Origin: Marsupella aquatica
Taxonomy: Eukaryota; Plantae; Marchantiophyta
Direction of reading: 5' to 3'
Assembly: GCA_973895155.1 (NCBI GenBank)
Contig: OZ316899.1
Coordinates: 6,885,241-6,949,240 of the forward strand
Length of the DNA stretch: 64,000 nt
Below, in pieces: positions 37,700 to 50,210 of the stretch. Below the pieces are notes generated by a model. That model worked only from the letters and a program-made list of their open reading frames with translations. It was not told the origin of the DNA and made no database searches. The translations under genes and the position numbers were made by a program. Numbering within the stretch: position 1 is the stretch's first letter; the number at the start of each line of letters is the position of its first letter.

Positions 37700-39780
37700 T
37701 AGGGGCCGAAACTTCCGTATAGGTCGTTCAATATAACGGATAGTCACTATTTTGTCTTTACCCAACGGATATGTTACTTGTTTTATTCAGTATTTTTTGG
37801 TTAGCGCCGGGCGCTGCTTCCAAAAATCTTGTTTTTCTTGCTTTTTTATGTATGCGTGTAGTGTAAGCATTACAACATGCTTTATTTAAAATGTGTAAGT
37901 TGATATCATTATGTTTTATCTTTCAAGCCGCGTTTATTCATTTATTCTGAAATAAATCGTTAGGGGGTGTTTTGTCATTTGTTTGTCACGGTACTCGGTC
38001 CATTTAAGTGAACTCATTTTGATTGAGTTCATTTGGACACTACTCTTCACTTGTTCTATGGTGGGTCCCACCCTAAGGTTCACTTTTTAGCTTGGATGAA
38101 TAGTGATATTTGAATAGGTCCCCATACCGTGTTATTTATATACCCTAAATAATTGTTTGTTTTAAACCTAATTCACTAAAGAAAAATTCTGTGAAGGGAG
38201 GGTTTTGATCTGGCTGAAGAGAGCTGAAGAAAAGGCGGAGCTGATAGACCTGGGTAATAGTAGGTTAGAAATTGACTGTTGGATTGCTGAGCCCGTCATC
38301 TGGCTGTTGTGTTGCGGGTGGATGCCTCGTTGCAGTTGGGTGTTTTGCTTCCAATTGACTGTCTTTATAGGAGTTTTGGTTATCGGAAGTTTGAGTTACT
38401 CGCTAACCAATATTAGGGATTGAATTTTGCTTTGAGGAAGTGTGCGTCGGGGGAGATCATTTGAGATTTGCGGGGCCAAGTGACGCGGGAATGTTTGGAC
38501 TTGGGCCGCGGTGATCCTTAAGAGGTTGCGTTGAGTGGATTTCGCTACAAGTGGGATTGGGACAAGGAAGGGTGGATGCGAGAATTCGCATTTGTTTGAT
38601 AGGCAAGGGAAGTTAACAAAGACAAGGGAGTTCTCATGGGAAATGATTGAGAATTGGAGCTAAGGACGTGAATAGGTAAGGCTGCAGCGTGGAGAGAGCT
38701 GTCTGCATTGATTAAATTGAAACAGGGTAGCAGGAGAATTATGGGCGGTGCTGGACAGGGAAGAAAGATTTCTGGTATGAGCTAAGCCTGTATTGATAGG
38801 CCGTAAGCTGAATTGCACACTGCATAATAGACGGCGAGCGGCAGCATTGCGCATTACTACCTTGAATGGCCTCCGAGTGGCGATACGAAGGTCAGTGCGC
38901 TACAGCATTCTGCCCAACAGTTGACAATCGGAGGGATTACACAAGGTGAGCATTGGACTGCGGGGCCTGCCATCGACTGATCGCTGGGAGGTTGAGGTCT
39001 GAGCTACTGGCTAGGTCTAGATTGTGCTTGGCCCCGTTAAGCTTTGGGGCCTCCGAACATTCACAGGTGAACTCTGATGCGATGGTCTAAGTTGGAAGCG
39101 CAAATCGTTTATTAGCTACCTCGGATGTAAACTGGAGGCTTACGGAATCGTGGAGCGTTTTGTGGGGTACTACACCAGGATCACAGGGGAGTACGCTCTG
39201 TGCCCCACTGGGATCGTGGTGGAGCATTCCATCTCTGTCCTAGATGGTTCAAGATAATTTCTACAAGGCAAAGCGAGATGGTACGGTGACACTCTGAAGT
39301 GGAATTTGCCATGCTCCCATTGACTGTCTCTTGAGGGCGTAGTATTGGAAGGCTTGAATCTGCCGCTGCCGGTTACTCGGGACTTCTTTTGACGACACGA
39401 CGCTGGATGCGGGGCCGCTGCGGTGCAACTAGCTGAAGGTGCATTGGACTCCTCTGCTAGCTAAATGCCTGCACGATCAAGCCTTGCTGAACGCCGGATG
39501 AACTTCAACCCTTTGCTCGAAGATTATTGAGCTGGGGGCCTGGGGAACCTTGGATTATCTAGCTAGGATAAGATTGAACTGCAACGACATTAAGTATTTG
39601 CAACAATACTTATCAACGCACTTGGATAAGGAGCAATACGTGCCCAAGGTCGGCTGTGTTCGAAGAAGGGCTGGATAGACACACTTGAATGACACCCACA
39701 CAACAATCCAAACAAGGTGAGACCGAGATCCAAGCTCACATTCTTTTGCATCGCTGCTCTTTGCTTCGGGTGGACTCACC

Positions 39781-41841
39781 ATGGAGTATGGCAGAACGGG
39801 TGGATGGGAGGGTGAGAATTCCTCTCGTGCTGCTGGCTATCATGGGGCTCGACCTTATCAGGAGTTCCAGGGGCAGGATTTCTATGGACATGAGCAATTC
39901 AGTAGACAGGATTCTCGGAGTTCGCCACTTCGCGGAGGTGGATGTGGACCTTTCTCTGCTAGGTCGGGGCGCCCCCCGTTCGTTGCTCAGCCAACTTACA
40001 ATCTCTTTGCGGATCAGTCAGGAGGATACAACTCCACCAGGGATCTGCAGCGTGCACACCCTGCGGAGGGAATTGAGAACAAGGAAAATGCACAGCCAAC
40101 CACGTCTAGCACCCCCAGGGATGCTGAAATGCCTCATGCTCCCCAAAGGACTCCGGTGGCACAGGACACAATGCTTGGCCGTACTCCGACTCATGTTCAG
40201 GAGAAGTCTGCCACTTGGAAGAATGCTACTTTCGGATCAGGGATAGAACCGGCTGTTGTTACCGAGGATTGCATTAACATACTAAAAGAGATTGGAGAAG
40301 TCACAAAGGGTGACTGGCACCAGAAACTCTTTACTACAGTGGAATGGCCATTGGAAGAAGCAGCCAACAATGTTCGACAATTGTACAATTGTGCTCTACT
40401 TTGTTATTTCACTGATAGACCTCCGATGCTTCCCACTTTTCGAGCTTGGATAGATGAGCAAATGGTATGTGGGCGAGGCTGGCCGGTGCTGCAGGTCAAA
40501 TTCGTTGGTAAGAACTTTTACCTTGGAGTCTTTGCGAGTGCTGATCATCGGGATCTTGCTCTGTCTGCTGCTCCATGGTTCATTGAACGCAAACTAATCT
40601 TTACATTCCCATGGGACCCCACATTTGATATTCGAACAGAGAAATATACCAAACTACCAGTCTGGATTGAGCTTCCTTTTCGGGCACTGGTGTTGGAAGG
40701 GTGTCGGATTAAGATCGCAGAATCACTGGGCAAGCTGCTGCACTACATCCAGGGGGATGAATATAGCTCATACCCGCATGACAGAGCTTGTATCCTTTGG
40801 GATACGGAACGAGAGGTTCCTTTCAGCGCTCGTGTGAGGATCCGAGAGGATATTATCATCTGGCAACCTATTCAATTCAAGAATATACCATTTCACTGCT
40901 TTAAATGTAATAAGAAGGGACACTTAGCTAGAGAATGCAGAGATGGCTTCGAAGAGGCGGCCAACACGTCTGCTGAGCACATTGAAGGGGAGGAGGACGC
41001 TCACACACCTGAGGAACTTGATGGGGTGGCTGAAGGGGACCCCGATGAGGTACTGAGGACACAATTGGCGTCAAATCTGCGCGCCAGGGGCAGAGACAAG
41101 CATTTGCCTTGCGCTGGCGGCCCATCGGTGGCAACTGACCTCAACACGGTGGAGTCCTTATTGGAACACATTGAGGATGTGCCTGAAGTGATACCGATTC
41201 TGACTAGTGGCATTCCACGGGAACGTGTGGCTCTTGCGGGAGGAATTTCCATCCCTCAGAAAGATTTGATCACCCTGCCCACTAAAGAACAAGGGAACCT
41301 GATATCCTCGCCTGCCTCGACAGTTACTAAGCTTTTGGCCAACGCAAGTATCTTTGTTCCGTCTGGAGATGTCAGCTCGCCTCTGATAGCACCTGGAACC
41401 TTGGTTGTGCACTCACAGAATGTAGACCCCGAGGCGTTTTCATATCACGGAGATTCTGATGTGGACTTAGAGATGTCCGAATACGAGGAGTATGTCTCTG
41501 GTAAAGGGAAAGAGAGAGTTCGGAAGCTGGATACTCGGACGCCGCCTCCTGCAAAGAAGGACAGGAGCACTCAGGACTCTAAAAAGCAACGTTCCTTACA
41601 TTTCTCACCCACAATTGTGTCGGATGCAGGGACAGGAATGGATGGAGAGGATAGCAGAATGGAGGCTGAGCGGTCCCCTGGATGGAGGGCCGTCCCCTTT
41701 GGTGGCCAGCTCCCACTCTTGACAGGCCTGAATGATACAATGATGGAGGATACTATTGTGGATACTCCGCGTCACCGTCAAGGCCTTATCACTGCTAGGG
41801 ATGGCAATGGCTCCTCCCCGGGTGGACGTGCACGCATTTGA
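39781..41841 (+). CDS. LINE ORF1 (DUF4283-like RRM + CCHC zinc knuckle)
   Basis: Intact 686-aa ORF; PWF...FPWDPTF...PVWIELP; CFKCNKKGHLAREC. Confidence 0.9.
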   Translation: MEYGRTGGWEGENSSRAAGYHGARPYQEFQGQDFYGHEQFSRQDSRSSPLRGGGCGPFSARSGRPPFVAQPTYNLFADQSGGYNSTRDLQRAHPAEGIENKENAQPTTSSTPRDAEMPHAPQRTPVAQDTMLGRTPTHVQEKSATWKNATFGSGIEPAVVTEDCINILKEIGEVTKGDWHQKLFTTVEWPLEEAANNVRQLYNCALLCYFTDRPPMLPTFRAWIDEQMVCGRGWPVLQVKFVGKNFYLGVFASADHRDLALSAAPWFIERKLIFTFPWDPTFDIRTEKYTKLPVWIELPFRALVLEGCRIKIAESLGKLLHYIQGDEYSSYPHDRACILWDTEREVPFSARVRIREDIIIWQPIQFKNIPFHCFKCNKKGHLARECRDGFEEAANTSAEHIEGEEDAHTPEELDGVAEGDPDEVLRTQLASNLRARGRDKHLPCAGGPSVATDLNTVESLLEHIEDVPEVIPILTSGIPRERVALAGGISIPQKDLITLPTKEQGNLISSPASTVTKLLANASIFVPSGDVSSPLIAPGTLVVHSQNVDPEAFSYHGDSDVDLEMSEYEEYVSGKGKERVRKLDTRTPPPAKKDRSTQDSKKQRSLHFSPTIVSDAGTGMDGEDSRMEAERSPGWRAVPFGGQLPLLTGLNDTMMEDTIVDTPRHRQGLITARDGNGSSPGGRARI

Positions 41842-41882
41842 GGATTGGCACTCTGCTCTGGTAGCGGAAAGGGGGTCAAAGT

Positions 41883-44800
41883 ATGACATGCCTGCTTCGG
41901 ATTGCTTCCTGGAATGTATGCGGATTGTGTGAACCTAATAGGAAAATGGTAGTCAGGAACTGGATTGAATCCTGTAGAGAGAAGATAGATATTCTGGCGT
42001 TACAAGAAATAAAAGCAGATCAATTTCGGCTGGATATTGCTCTGAGGGCTATACTGCCGCTGTATCAGCACCTCACTTCTGCACCAGATGAGGGTCGGGG
42101 TGGGTCTGCTCTGCTGATTCACCCTGATCTGAAGATATTGGCAACGGGCGTGATTGACCTGGGAAGGGCCGTATGGGCCGTGATAGAATCGGAAGGAGGC
42201 AAATTTGGAATGGTTAGCATCTATGCTCCAAAATCGCCTCGACTACGGGCTTGCTTATGGCACGAGCTGAAATCACTCCTTCCTCAAGGCAATTGGATTC
42301 TTGGTGGGGATTTTAACATGACAGAACTTAGAGAAGATTTGAGTGGGCTATCACCTTTGCTTAAGGGCCGGGAAGCCGAGTTTTGGCATTTTTTGAAAGT
42401 CCGGCTGGATCTGGCGGATGCACTGCTGATTAAAGAGGTTACTGGCTCCCGTTTTACCTGGCGCAGATGCAGAAACGAGGTAACTGTGCAGTCACGTCTG
42501 GATCGATTTTACTTCAGTGAAAAAGGGGAATGGCTGGGGGACCTATTGGAACTGATACATGATGGGGGGTCAGCACTTTCTGACCACGATCCTGTAGTGA
42601 TCATAATTCGACTGGGAGACAGGGAGGACATCGGTTGTCCCCCGGGTGGGCCGGTGTGGTTTAAAGCGAACCCGGCTGTGGTCAGAAACAAAGATCATCT
42701 GGAGGCATTGGAAGGAGCCTGGAAGCTGGGGAAGGGCAACTACACTGAGCCACTGTTGGCTTTTGAACGAGCTTCCTGCCATTTGCGCAAGATGTACCGT
42801 TTAAAACAGGGCTCCCCTAAAGCACGAGCGGAAGAGGTGAACCTCCTGCGGACTCGGCTTCGAACTCTGAAAGAGTCCCTGCTAGAGGACAACTCGGAGG
42901 AGGATATGAGAGAATATATAATTGCTGAGGATCTCCTGCATGCTGCGGAGATGGAAGAGGCACATGTTGGGAGACGACTAGCAAGGATAAAATGGCTAGG
43001 AGAAGGTGAAGAGCCCACTAAATTTTATTTTGCTACGGTAGCAGCAAAGCGAAGCAGGGAAGCTATGAGATCTCTTACCACTGCAGACGGAGCAGAGATT
43101 ACTGAACCCGCTCACATTCTGAGGGAAGTAGCCAGACAATGTTTAGATCTGTATGCCCCCCCTGATCTGACTACAGGTGAGCTTGGGGAGATGAGGAAGG
43201 CCAGGAGCTCTCTCCTTGCTCACACTAGACACACCTTAACCTACGCTGAACTGACAAGATTAGAAGTGCTCCCCAATGGTAAAGAAATCAAAGATACTCT
43301 CTGGCAAATGCCATCTGATAAGGCCCCTGGCCCTGATGGAATGACAGCAGAGGTTTATCGGGCTTGCTGGCACTTTATTGAGACGGATCTCATTGCCATG
43401 ATACAGGTGTTTTGGTTGTCTGGCAACTTAGCTGCTGGCATTAACGATGGTATCATTAAGTTTATCCCCAAGAAACTAGATAAGAGGCTTTTGAAGGACT
43501 AGAGACCCCTGACCATGCTGAACACCATTTACAAGCTCATTGCCAAAATACTGGCCAATCGGTTGATGGTTATCCTTCCCAAGCTGATTAACCCACAGCA
43601 GACAGGATTCATTCCTGGCAGGAACATTTTGGAAAATATCTCACTGGCCTGGTTAGCTTGTGACTGGACCAAAAACAAGCACAGGGAATCCTTGTTTCTC
43701 AAATTAGACTTTGAAAAAGCATTTGATAGAGTCAATCATGAGTACATTTGGGAGACAATGCACCTGCTAGGGATTGGCAGCCATTTCATCAAGCTAGTAC
43801 AGGCTTTGCTTGCTGAACCGTCGTCACGTGTGCAGGTCAATGGCTTGATGTCCGAGACCATTGGGCTAAAGAGAGGTGTAAGACAAGGCTGCCCGCTTTC
43901 CCCTCTGCTATTTGTTATATCGACCCAGCCCCTTATGGATCTCATGGATGCGGAATTAGCGGCTGGGAGACTACTAGGGATACAGATATCAGAGGAACTG
44001 ACCCTCTGTTATCGACTCTTTGCGGATGACTTGGGAATGCTGATCCCTGCTACAGAGGAGTGCTTCCACATGGCCACAATGGTGCTACACTGTTACGAAT
44101 CTGCAACTGGAGCAAGACTCAATTTACGCAAGTCTGTGATCATACCATTGGCAATGGCTTCTATACCAAGGTGGTTGACGAATACAGGGTGTGTAATCAG
44201 CAAGAAAGGGGAGCTACAAAAGTATCTGGGTGCACCATTGGGGGTGGAGCTACGGAAGGATCATTTACATCGCTTTGTTCTTGATAAAATTGGTGCACGC
44301 TTGTCATCTTGGGCCAACAAGCTGCTGTCATTCTCTGGAAGGATCCTCTTGATCAGGCACATCTTACAGGCGATACCCATTTATCATTCTATGTTCTTGA
44401 AAGCCTCTGACGGCCTGGCAAGGAAATTGATAGCACTATGTCGGGATTTTCTGTGGGGCTACAACTCTGAAGGAGGCAAAAGGGTACCTCTGGTCTCTTG
44501 GGCTAGAATGGCTAGGCCTAGGATGGATGGGGGCCTGGGGCTAAAAGACTTTCGTTGCCACTCGGACGCTCTTCTCTCTAAATGGTTTACGAGAGCACTG
44601 GACTCCCCTGGCACGGAATGGGCCTGCCTCTTTGCAGAAAATTTGAAATTGGTTAGCTGGATGAATTTCAAGTGGATCAGGAGGAATAAGTATTCTTTCA
44701 GGGATAAAATGTTGCTTTGCTTTCCACGATCATTTAATGGCCTTACATATACTGGAGGATTATGGAAAGCTTGGATGCAATTAAGACCTCATCTGATCTT

Positions 44801-45800
44801 TTCCCCAATGGATTTAATGCCTGGCAGGTGGAATGTAATGGATACACTACGTTGCCTTGAGGGCTTTCAGTCGTGGCCTAATGCGGATTTTACGGCGGTA
44901 ACAGTGCTCTGTGGACGCTTGGGCATACGCAGTATCCAAGATCTTTGGTCAGTTGAGTTGCAAACGTGGCGTGATTTGGTTGCACAACTGGCACACATTA
45001 GAGGGTTCTCTGCACGTGAGCGAGGCTGTTGCAGGGAGTTTCTAGAGAAGGTTACAGAGATTGATGGATGTTGTATGCACTATGTCACTAGAGCTCGATG
45101 TTGGTGATGGGCGGATCATCCGGCCCCTATGAATGCCTTTCAAATTACCAACAGGCGGGCTTACTCTCTACTTAGCCCTATTGTGGAGGATTTTCTTAGC
45201 CTGAATTGCACTTGGGGCAGCACAAAATCGGCAGGTGAATGGAAGGCGACCTGGATTGGGCTGTGGAGATCCGATCTATCCTCACGGGCAAAAACTTTTG
45301 TCTGGAGAGTCCTAGCCTCCGGATTATTTACAGGAATCCGTGCTGCCCGCATAGGCAAGGGAGATGGATTTTGCAAGTTGTGTAGCGGTGTCACTGAAAT
45401 CATGCCCCACCTCTTTTCCCAGTGTGTGCATGCCCGCAAATGTTGGGCATTAAGTGCTAGGTGCTTCCAAGGCACCTTTCTTGATTACTCGAGTAGGATG
45501 TTATCCATGCTAGATCTAACACTAGGTAGAGAACACAGAACAGTTGCAAATCTATTCATTTTTTACCAGATCCTATGGTCATTGTGGTTAGGACGGAATG
45601 TACATGAGTTTCAGGCAAATGGCTGCAGGAAATTTGATCTTAGATTCCTATTATTGGAGGCAGCCGATCATGTTACTGCGGTGGGCTTGAGCTTGCCCCT
45701 GGGCAGGCGGCGCACAAGAATGATGCGTGTTAAAGAGCTTATTAATCAGGAGAGAGTGGTGTGGTTGCGTAGTCGTCAGGTTTGGATCACGTCTGGCTGA
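41883..45800 (+). pseudogene. LINE ORF2 (APE endonuclease, RT, zf-RVT)
   Basis: SWNVCGL, LQE, GGDFN, SRLDRF, SDHDP; KAPGPDG; KLDFEKAFD; RQGCPLSP; FADD; CKLC...HLFSQC. Two in-frame stops at Trp codons (43500, 45105). Confidence 0.95.
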
Positions 45801-46349
45801 GGTCTTTTTGGATCTCAGGGACGGAGTATATTGTCGCCTTGGTTTCTGGCTGATGGCTCGGGCATTTGTGTGCAGCGCATAGCTGGTTAGTTTGCCTTGC
45901 TCTGTATTGGCCCTTGGAGGGCTCGGGTACAGGAGAGCTGTGTATAGCTGGTTAGTTTGCCTTGATAGATATTGGCCCCCTAAATTCTGGGCGTGCATGA
46001 TATGCTTGGCTTGCTGTTGGCCCCCACTGTTGATTTGGGGCAAACACAATCTACGTCACTGGCTGTCCTTCATATTGGACGTGGCTATTTCTGGTTTTTT
46101 TGGTGCTGTGGGCTATATCCCCCTGCCACGGGGTCTTTCGTGGTTATAGTAATAAAAGAAAACAAACTTCAAGGAAAGAAAAATTCTGTGATTAGCGTAG
46201 TTTTTCATTCGGACCAAAGGGCTATGGTTGATGCAAAACTAGTAACAGGGAATCGCTTACTGGTAATAGTTAAATTTGACTGTTAACAGCAAAAAATTTC
46301 CTGGTAACAGGTTTTCTGTTTTCTATTTTTTGTCATGGCTATCATACCC

Positions 46350-49300
46350 CAATGTGGCTAGTGCTGATGGAGAAGTTGATTTACTCAATAATGAGTATAT
46401 TTTATGAAGTCATGAGTATGCCCTGTGCATATAATCTAGGAGAGAAAATGATGTGTGGATTCTTGATTGTGCTTGCTCCTTTCACATTTGTTACATTCGC
46501 AAGTATTTTAATTCTTATTCTATGTCAAACTGTTCAGTTTTGATGGGAAATGATCACTCCTGTCAAGTTGAGGGTATTGGTTCTGTAAAGATTCAAATGT
46601 TTGATGGCATTGTGCGCACAGTGTCCGGAGATAGGTTTGTACCTGGCATGCGTAAGAATTTGATTTCACTCAGTGTGTTGGATAAAAATGGTCATCAATG
46701 GCGAGTAATTGATGGTGAACTTCAAGTCATGTTGGAAGAGACAATGATTTTTAAGGGGAGCAGACAGAAGAATTTGTATGTGCTACAGGGCAATACAGTA
46801 TGTGGAGAGGCCAATGTAACCAAGTCTCACGAGGAAATGACTCAACTGTGGCATTCACGGCTAGGCCACATGAGTGAGAAGGGTTTGGCTATCTTGCGGA
46901 AGAATGGACTCATTTTTGATTTGCAGTCTTGTAAATTGGATTTCTGTGAGCATTGCATTTTTGGAAAGTAGCATCGTTGTGCTTTCGGTGTTGGAACTCA
47001 TCGTTCCAAAACGGTTCTTGAGTACATACATAGTGATGTGTGGGGACCATCCCCAACTCCCTCACATTCTGGAAAATTGTACTATGTATCCTTTATTGAC
47101 GATTACTCGAGATTTGTATGGATTTATTTCATGACGCACAAGTCTGATCTCTTGTCCATTTTTACAAAGTGGAAGGCCCAAGTGAAGAATCAGACTGGAA
47201 ACACGATTAAGTGTTTAGATACCAGGGTGAAGAGTCTGAGGTCAGACAACGGTGGGGAGTACACTTCAATAGAATTTGAAGAGTATTGTGCAGAATAGGG
47301 GATAACTCGACATCTTACCATAGTTTATACTCCACAGTAGAATGGTGTCGTTGAGAGGCTCAATCGAACACTATTGGAGCGATCACGGAGTATGCTGAGC
47401 CAATCAGGTTTACCACAGGAATTTTGGGCAGAAGCTGTCAATACTACAGCTTATTTGGTAAATCTTTCTCCTTCTAGTGCAATCAATTTCAAAACGCCGT
47501 TTGATATGCGTTATAAGCGGCAAGGAGACTATCATGGCTTGGTAGTTTTTGGAAGTGATGCATATGCTCTCACACCAAAGCAGAATAGAACCAAGTTGGA
47601 TCCTACATCCAAGAAATGTATTTTTCTTGGGTATCAGAGTGGTGTGAAGGCCTACATGCTATGGGATCCTATTTCCTGTAAGTTTGTTGTCAGTAGGGAT
47701 GTTTCCTTCAATGAATCCAAATTATTGAAGGAGGGGGAGAATACTCAGGTCTTCCGTACTGACAAAGGAAAATCTCCTATCCCGGATCTCATTGAGGGGG
47801 AGATTGATCATGAAGTGCATGATCGGAGAGAAGGAGGTGCTCCAAGCATGGAGCTGGTTCCTATGCCAGAGGAACAAGAGGAGTTTGTTGATGTTGGTGA
47901 GCAGCAAGTGGATGTTGCTGAGCTTCACATTTTACCAGTAGACGTAATTCAACCGGAGTCATCGGCTAGAAGAACATTTGGTCGCACTGTACGCGCTCCT
48001 TCTAGGTATGGACAGTGGGTTGATTCATTTCAACTGCAAGAGGACAATTTTGCAGCTGATGATGAGGGTGATGCGTTAATTTTGGAAGAAGGGGAACCTT
48101 CTTCATTTCATGAAGCAAGTGCTTCAAAGGAGAAGCAGAGATGGACTGCAACAATGCAAACGGAGATGTAGTCATTGAAGGACAACAAAACTTGGGAGCT
48201 TGTTAAGCTGCCTAAGGGTCAGCAAGTGGTGGACAGTAAGTGGATATACAAGCTAAGGATCAGTCTATGGGAGATGGATTGAAGGTCTACAAGGCTAGGT
48301 TGGTAGCCAAGGGATTCACATAAGAAAAATGTGTGGATTACAATGAGATCTTCTCACTAGTTGCTAAGTACTCAACAATACGGCTATTGTGTGTGCTTGT
48401 TGTAATGTTTGGTCTGCTGCCAGATCAGATGGATGTTGTCACAGCTTTCCTCTATGGCACTTGGAAGAGGTGATCTTCATGAGACAGCCGCTAGGTTTTG
48501 TGAAGAGAGGACAGGAGGAATTGGTTTGCAGATTGCTAAAATCCTTGTATGGGTTGAAGCAGTCACCAAGACAATGGAACAAGCGATTTGACGATTGGAT
48601 TTGGTCACAAGGTTTTTACAGGAGTGTGTTTGACCCTTGTGTATATTTGAAACCGGTGAATAATGTTGTCTTTGGATTCATTGTTTTAGTACTTTATGTG
48701 ATTATATGCTTATTGCGGCCAAGAATAGGTCTGAGATTGTTAAGCTTAAGGCACTGCTCAGTGTATAGTTTAAGATGAAGGACCTAGGGCCAGCTAAGAG
48801 GATTTGGGTATGGAGATCACTAGGGACTTGGAGGCTGGTAAGCTATGGTTGACATAGAGCAGTTAGGCAAGGAAGGTAATTGCTAGGTTCAACATGGGGG
48901 ATAGTAAGCCAGTAAATACCCCTTTGGCTGCACACTTCAAATTATCATCAGTTTTTTGTCCCACAGATGCGATAGAGAAGGGGCTGATGTCAAAGGTTCC
49001 TTATGATAAGGTAGTGGGAAGTCTCATGTATTTGATGACTTGCACTAGACCTGATCTTGCCATGGCTATGGGCAAGGTGAGCAGGTACATGTCGAATCCA
49101 AGGAAGGTACACTGGGAAGCAGTGAAATGGATTATCAGGTACTTTAAGGGTACCGTGGATCATGGTCTTTTATTTGATGCAAATGCAAAGAATGCGAGAT
49201 CATTGATTGGCTATGTAGATTCTGACTATGGACAAGATGTGGACCAAAGGAGATCAACAACAGGGTACGTGTTCACACTTGACGGTGGATGCATAAGTTG

Positions 49301-49676
49301 GAGGTCTACTTTGCAGAAGTGTATTGCTCAGTCTACTACAGAAGCGGAGTATGTTGCAACAGCGGAAGCAGCAAAGGAAGCAATTTGGTTGGATAGACTT
49401 ATCACTGAAATGGGATTACCATAGGGGAATGTGAAGCTCCATTGTGATAGTAAAAGTGCGCTCCACCTTGCTGTGAACCAGGTGATGGACAATAGAGTGA
49501 AGCACATAGATGTCAGGTACCATTTTATCAGGCAAGCTATGTTTGATAATTTGTTTGAGCTAGTCAAGATAGACGGTTAACTCAACCCAGCTGACGCATT
49601 TACCAAAGTGATTCCTTTGGAAAGTTTCTCTAGACATCGTGACGTGCTGCAGGTTTTGCAATTGCGTCACAAGTAA
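46350..49676 (+). pseudogene. Copia #2 pol (protease, integrase, RT, RNase H)
   Basis: WILDCACSFH; LWHSRLGH; HSDVWGP; SDNGGEY; YKARLVAKG; SLYGLKQSPRQW; DSDYG...SWRS...STTEAEY. Many stops. Confidence 0.93.
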
Positions 49677-49868
49677 GGGTTTTTCTTAACATTCGCTGTA
49701 ATTACTGATATATGCTCTTCTTCACTCCTACTAATAGGCTACGGCTTAGTTCTGGTTTGCTCTAGTTAGAGAGGGGAAACCATGTTGATTTTCGTCCAGA
49801 ACTTCCCGCTGAGGATTCATATAGGTTAGCAGTATTACCCTCCCCTAGACCAGAGTCAAGGGGGAGAT

Positions 49869-50210
49869 TGTTAGGTATTTACTCATGGTCTAGGGTTACG
49901 ACATGTAACCGTAGTTAGGCTAACCATAGTCAAAGACGTGGTTAGATTAACTAGGATGCACACTATATGCCAAACGATGTTTGCTTGGATAAGTGGAACT
50001 TAGGCTCATTGTTATGGAGCCACTTGAGAGATGAGGAGAGCTTACACTGTGGAGACTTGATATAGCCGACGGGCTTAGAGTTCAGTAAAGATCTCTTGTG
50101 TGTTCCCGTGGACTAGTCTCAAGGAGGTGAATCACGTATCTCTTGTGTCGACTACTTGCGCGTTGGATGTGTCATGTGCTTATCGTTACGAGTGTCGTCT
50201 ATGCTCAACA
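49869..50210 (+). repeat. 3' LTR of Copia #2 (5' LTR not found in window)
   Basis: PPT AAGGGGGAGAT, then TGTTAGG...CTCAACA. Confidence 0.8.

Larger units (their letters stand above)
24311..37817. repeat. Dispersed 15-bp palindrome TAGCGCCnGGCGCTA, ~15 copies in copy B
   Basis: Copies near 24311, 24434, 25540, 25623, 27513, 27607, 29033, 30127, 30190, 30335, 33645, 33708, 36005, 36116 and 37802; all lie outside the exons of the two main genes. Confidence 0.9.
38195..46174 (+). mobile_element. Full-length L1-clade LINE
   Basis: 17-bp TSD AAAGAAAAATTCTGTGA at 38178-38194 and 46175-46191; ORF1 and ORF2; AATAAA and an A-rich 3' end. Confidence 0.93.
23868..46349. mobile_element. Complete Mutator-like (MULE) DNA transposon carrying a ParB-methyltransferase gene (copy B), ~11 kb net of nested solo LTR and LINE
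   Basis: TSD CAATGTGGC(A/T) at 23858-23867 and 46350-46359; removing the element restores the Copia reading frame. Imperfect TIRs GGGAATTTACAAATGACAGCAAACAG / (rc) GGGTATGATAGCCATGACAAAAAATAG. Internal DDE transposase. Confidence 0.9.

Noticed and set aside
10014-37817. CRISPR array or REP elements from the repeated palindrome
   Set aside because: Copies are irregularly dispersed without constant-length spacers, there are no cas genes, and the context is eukaryotic.
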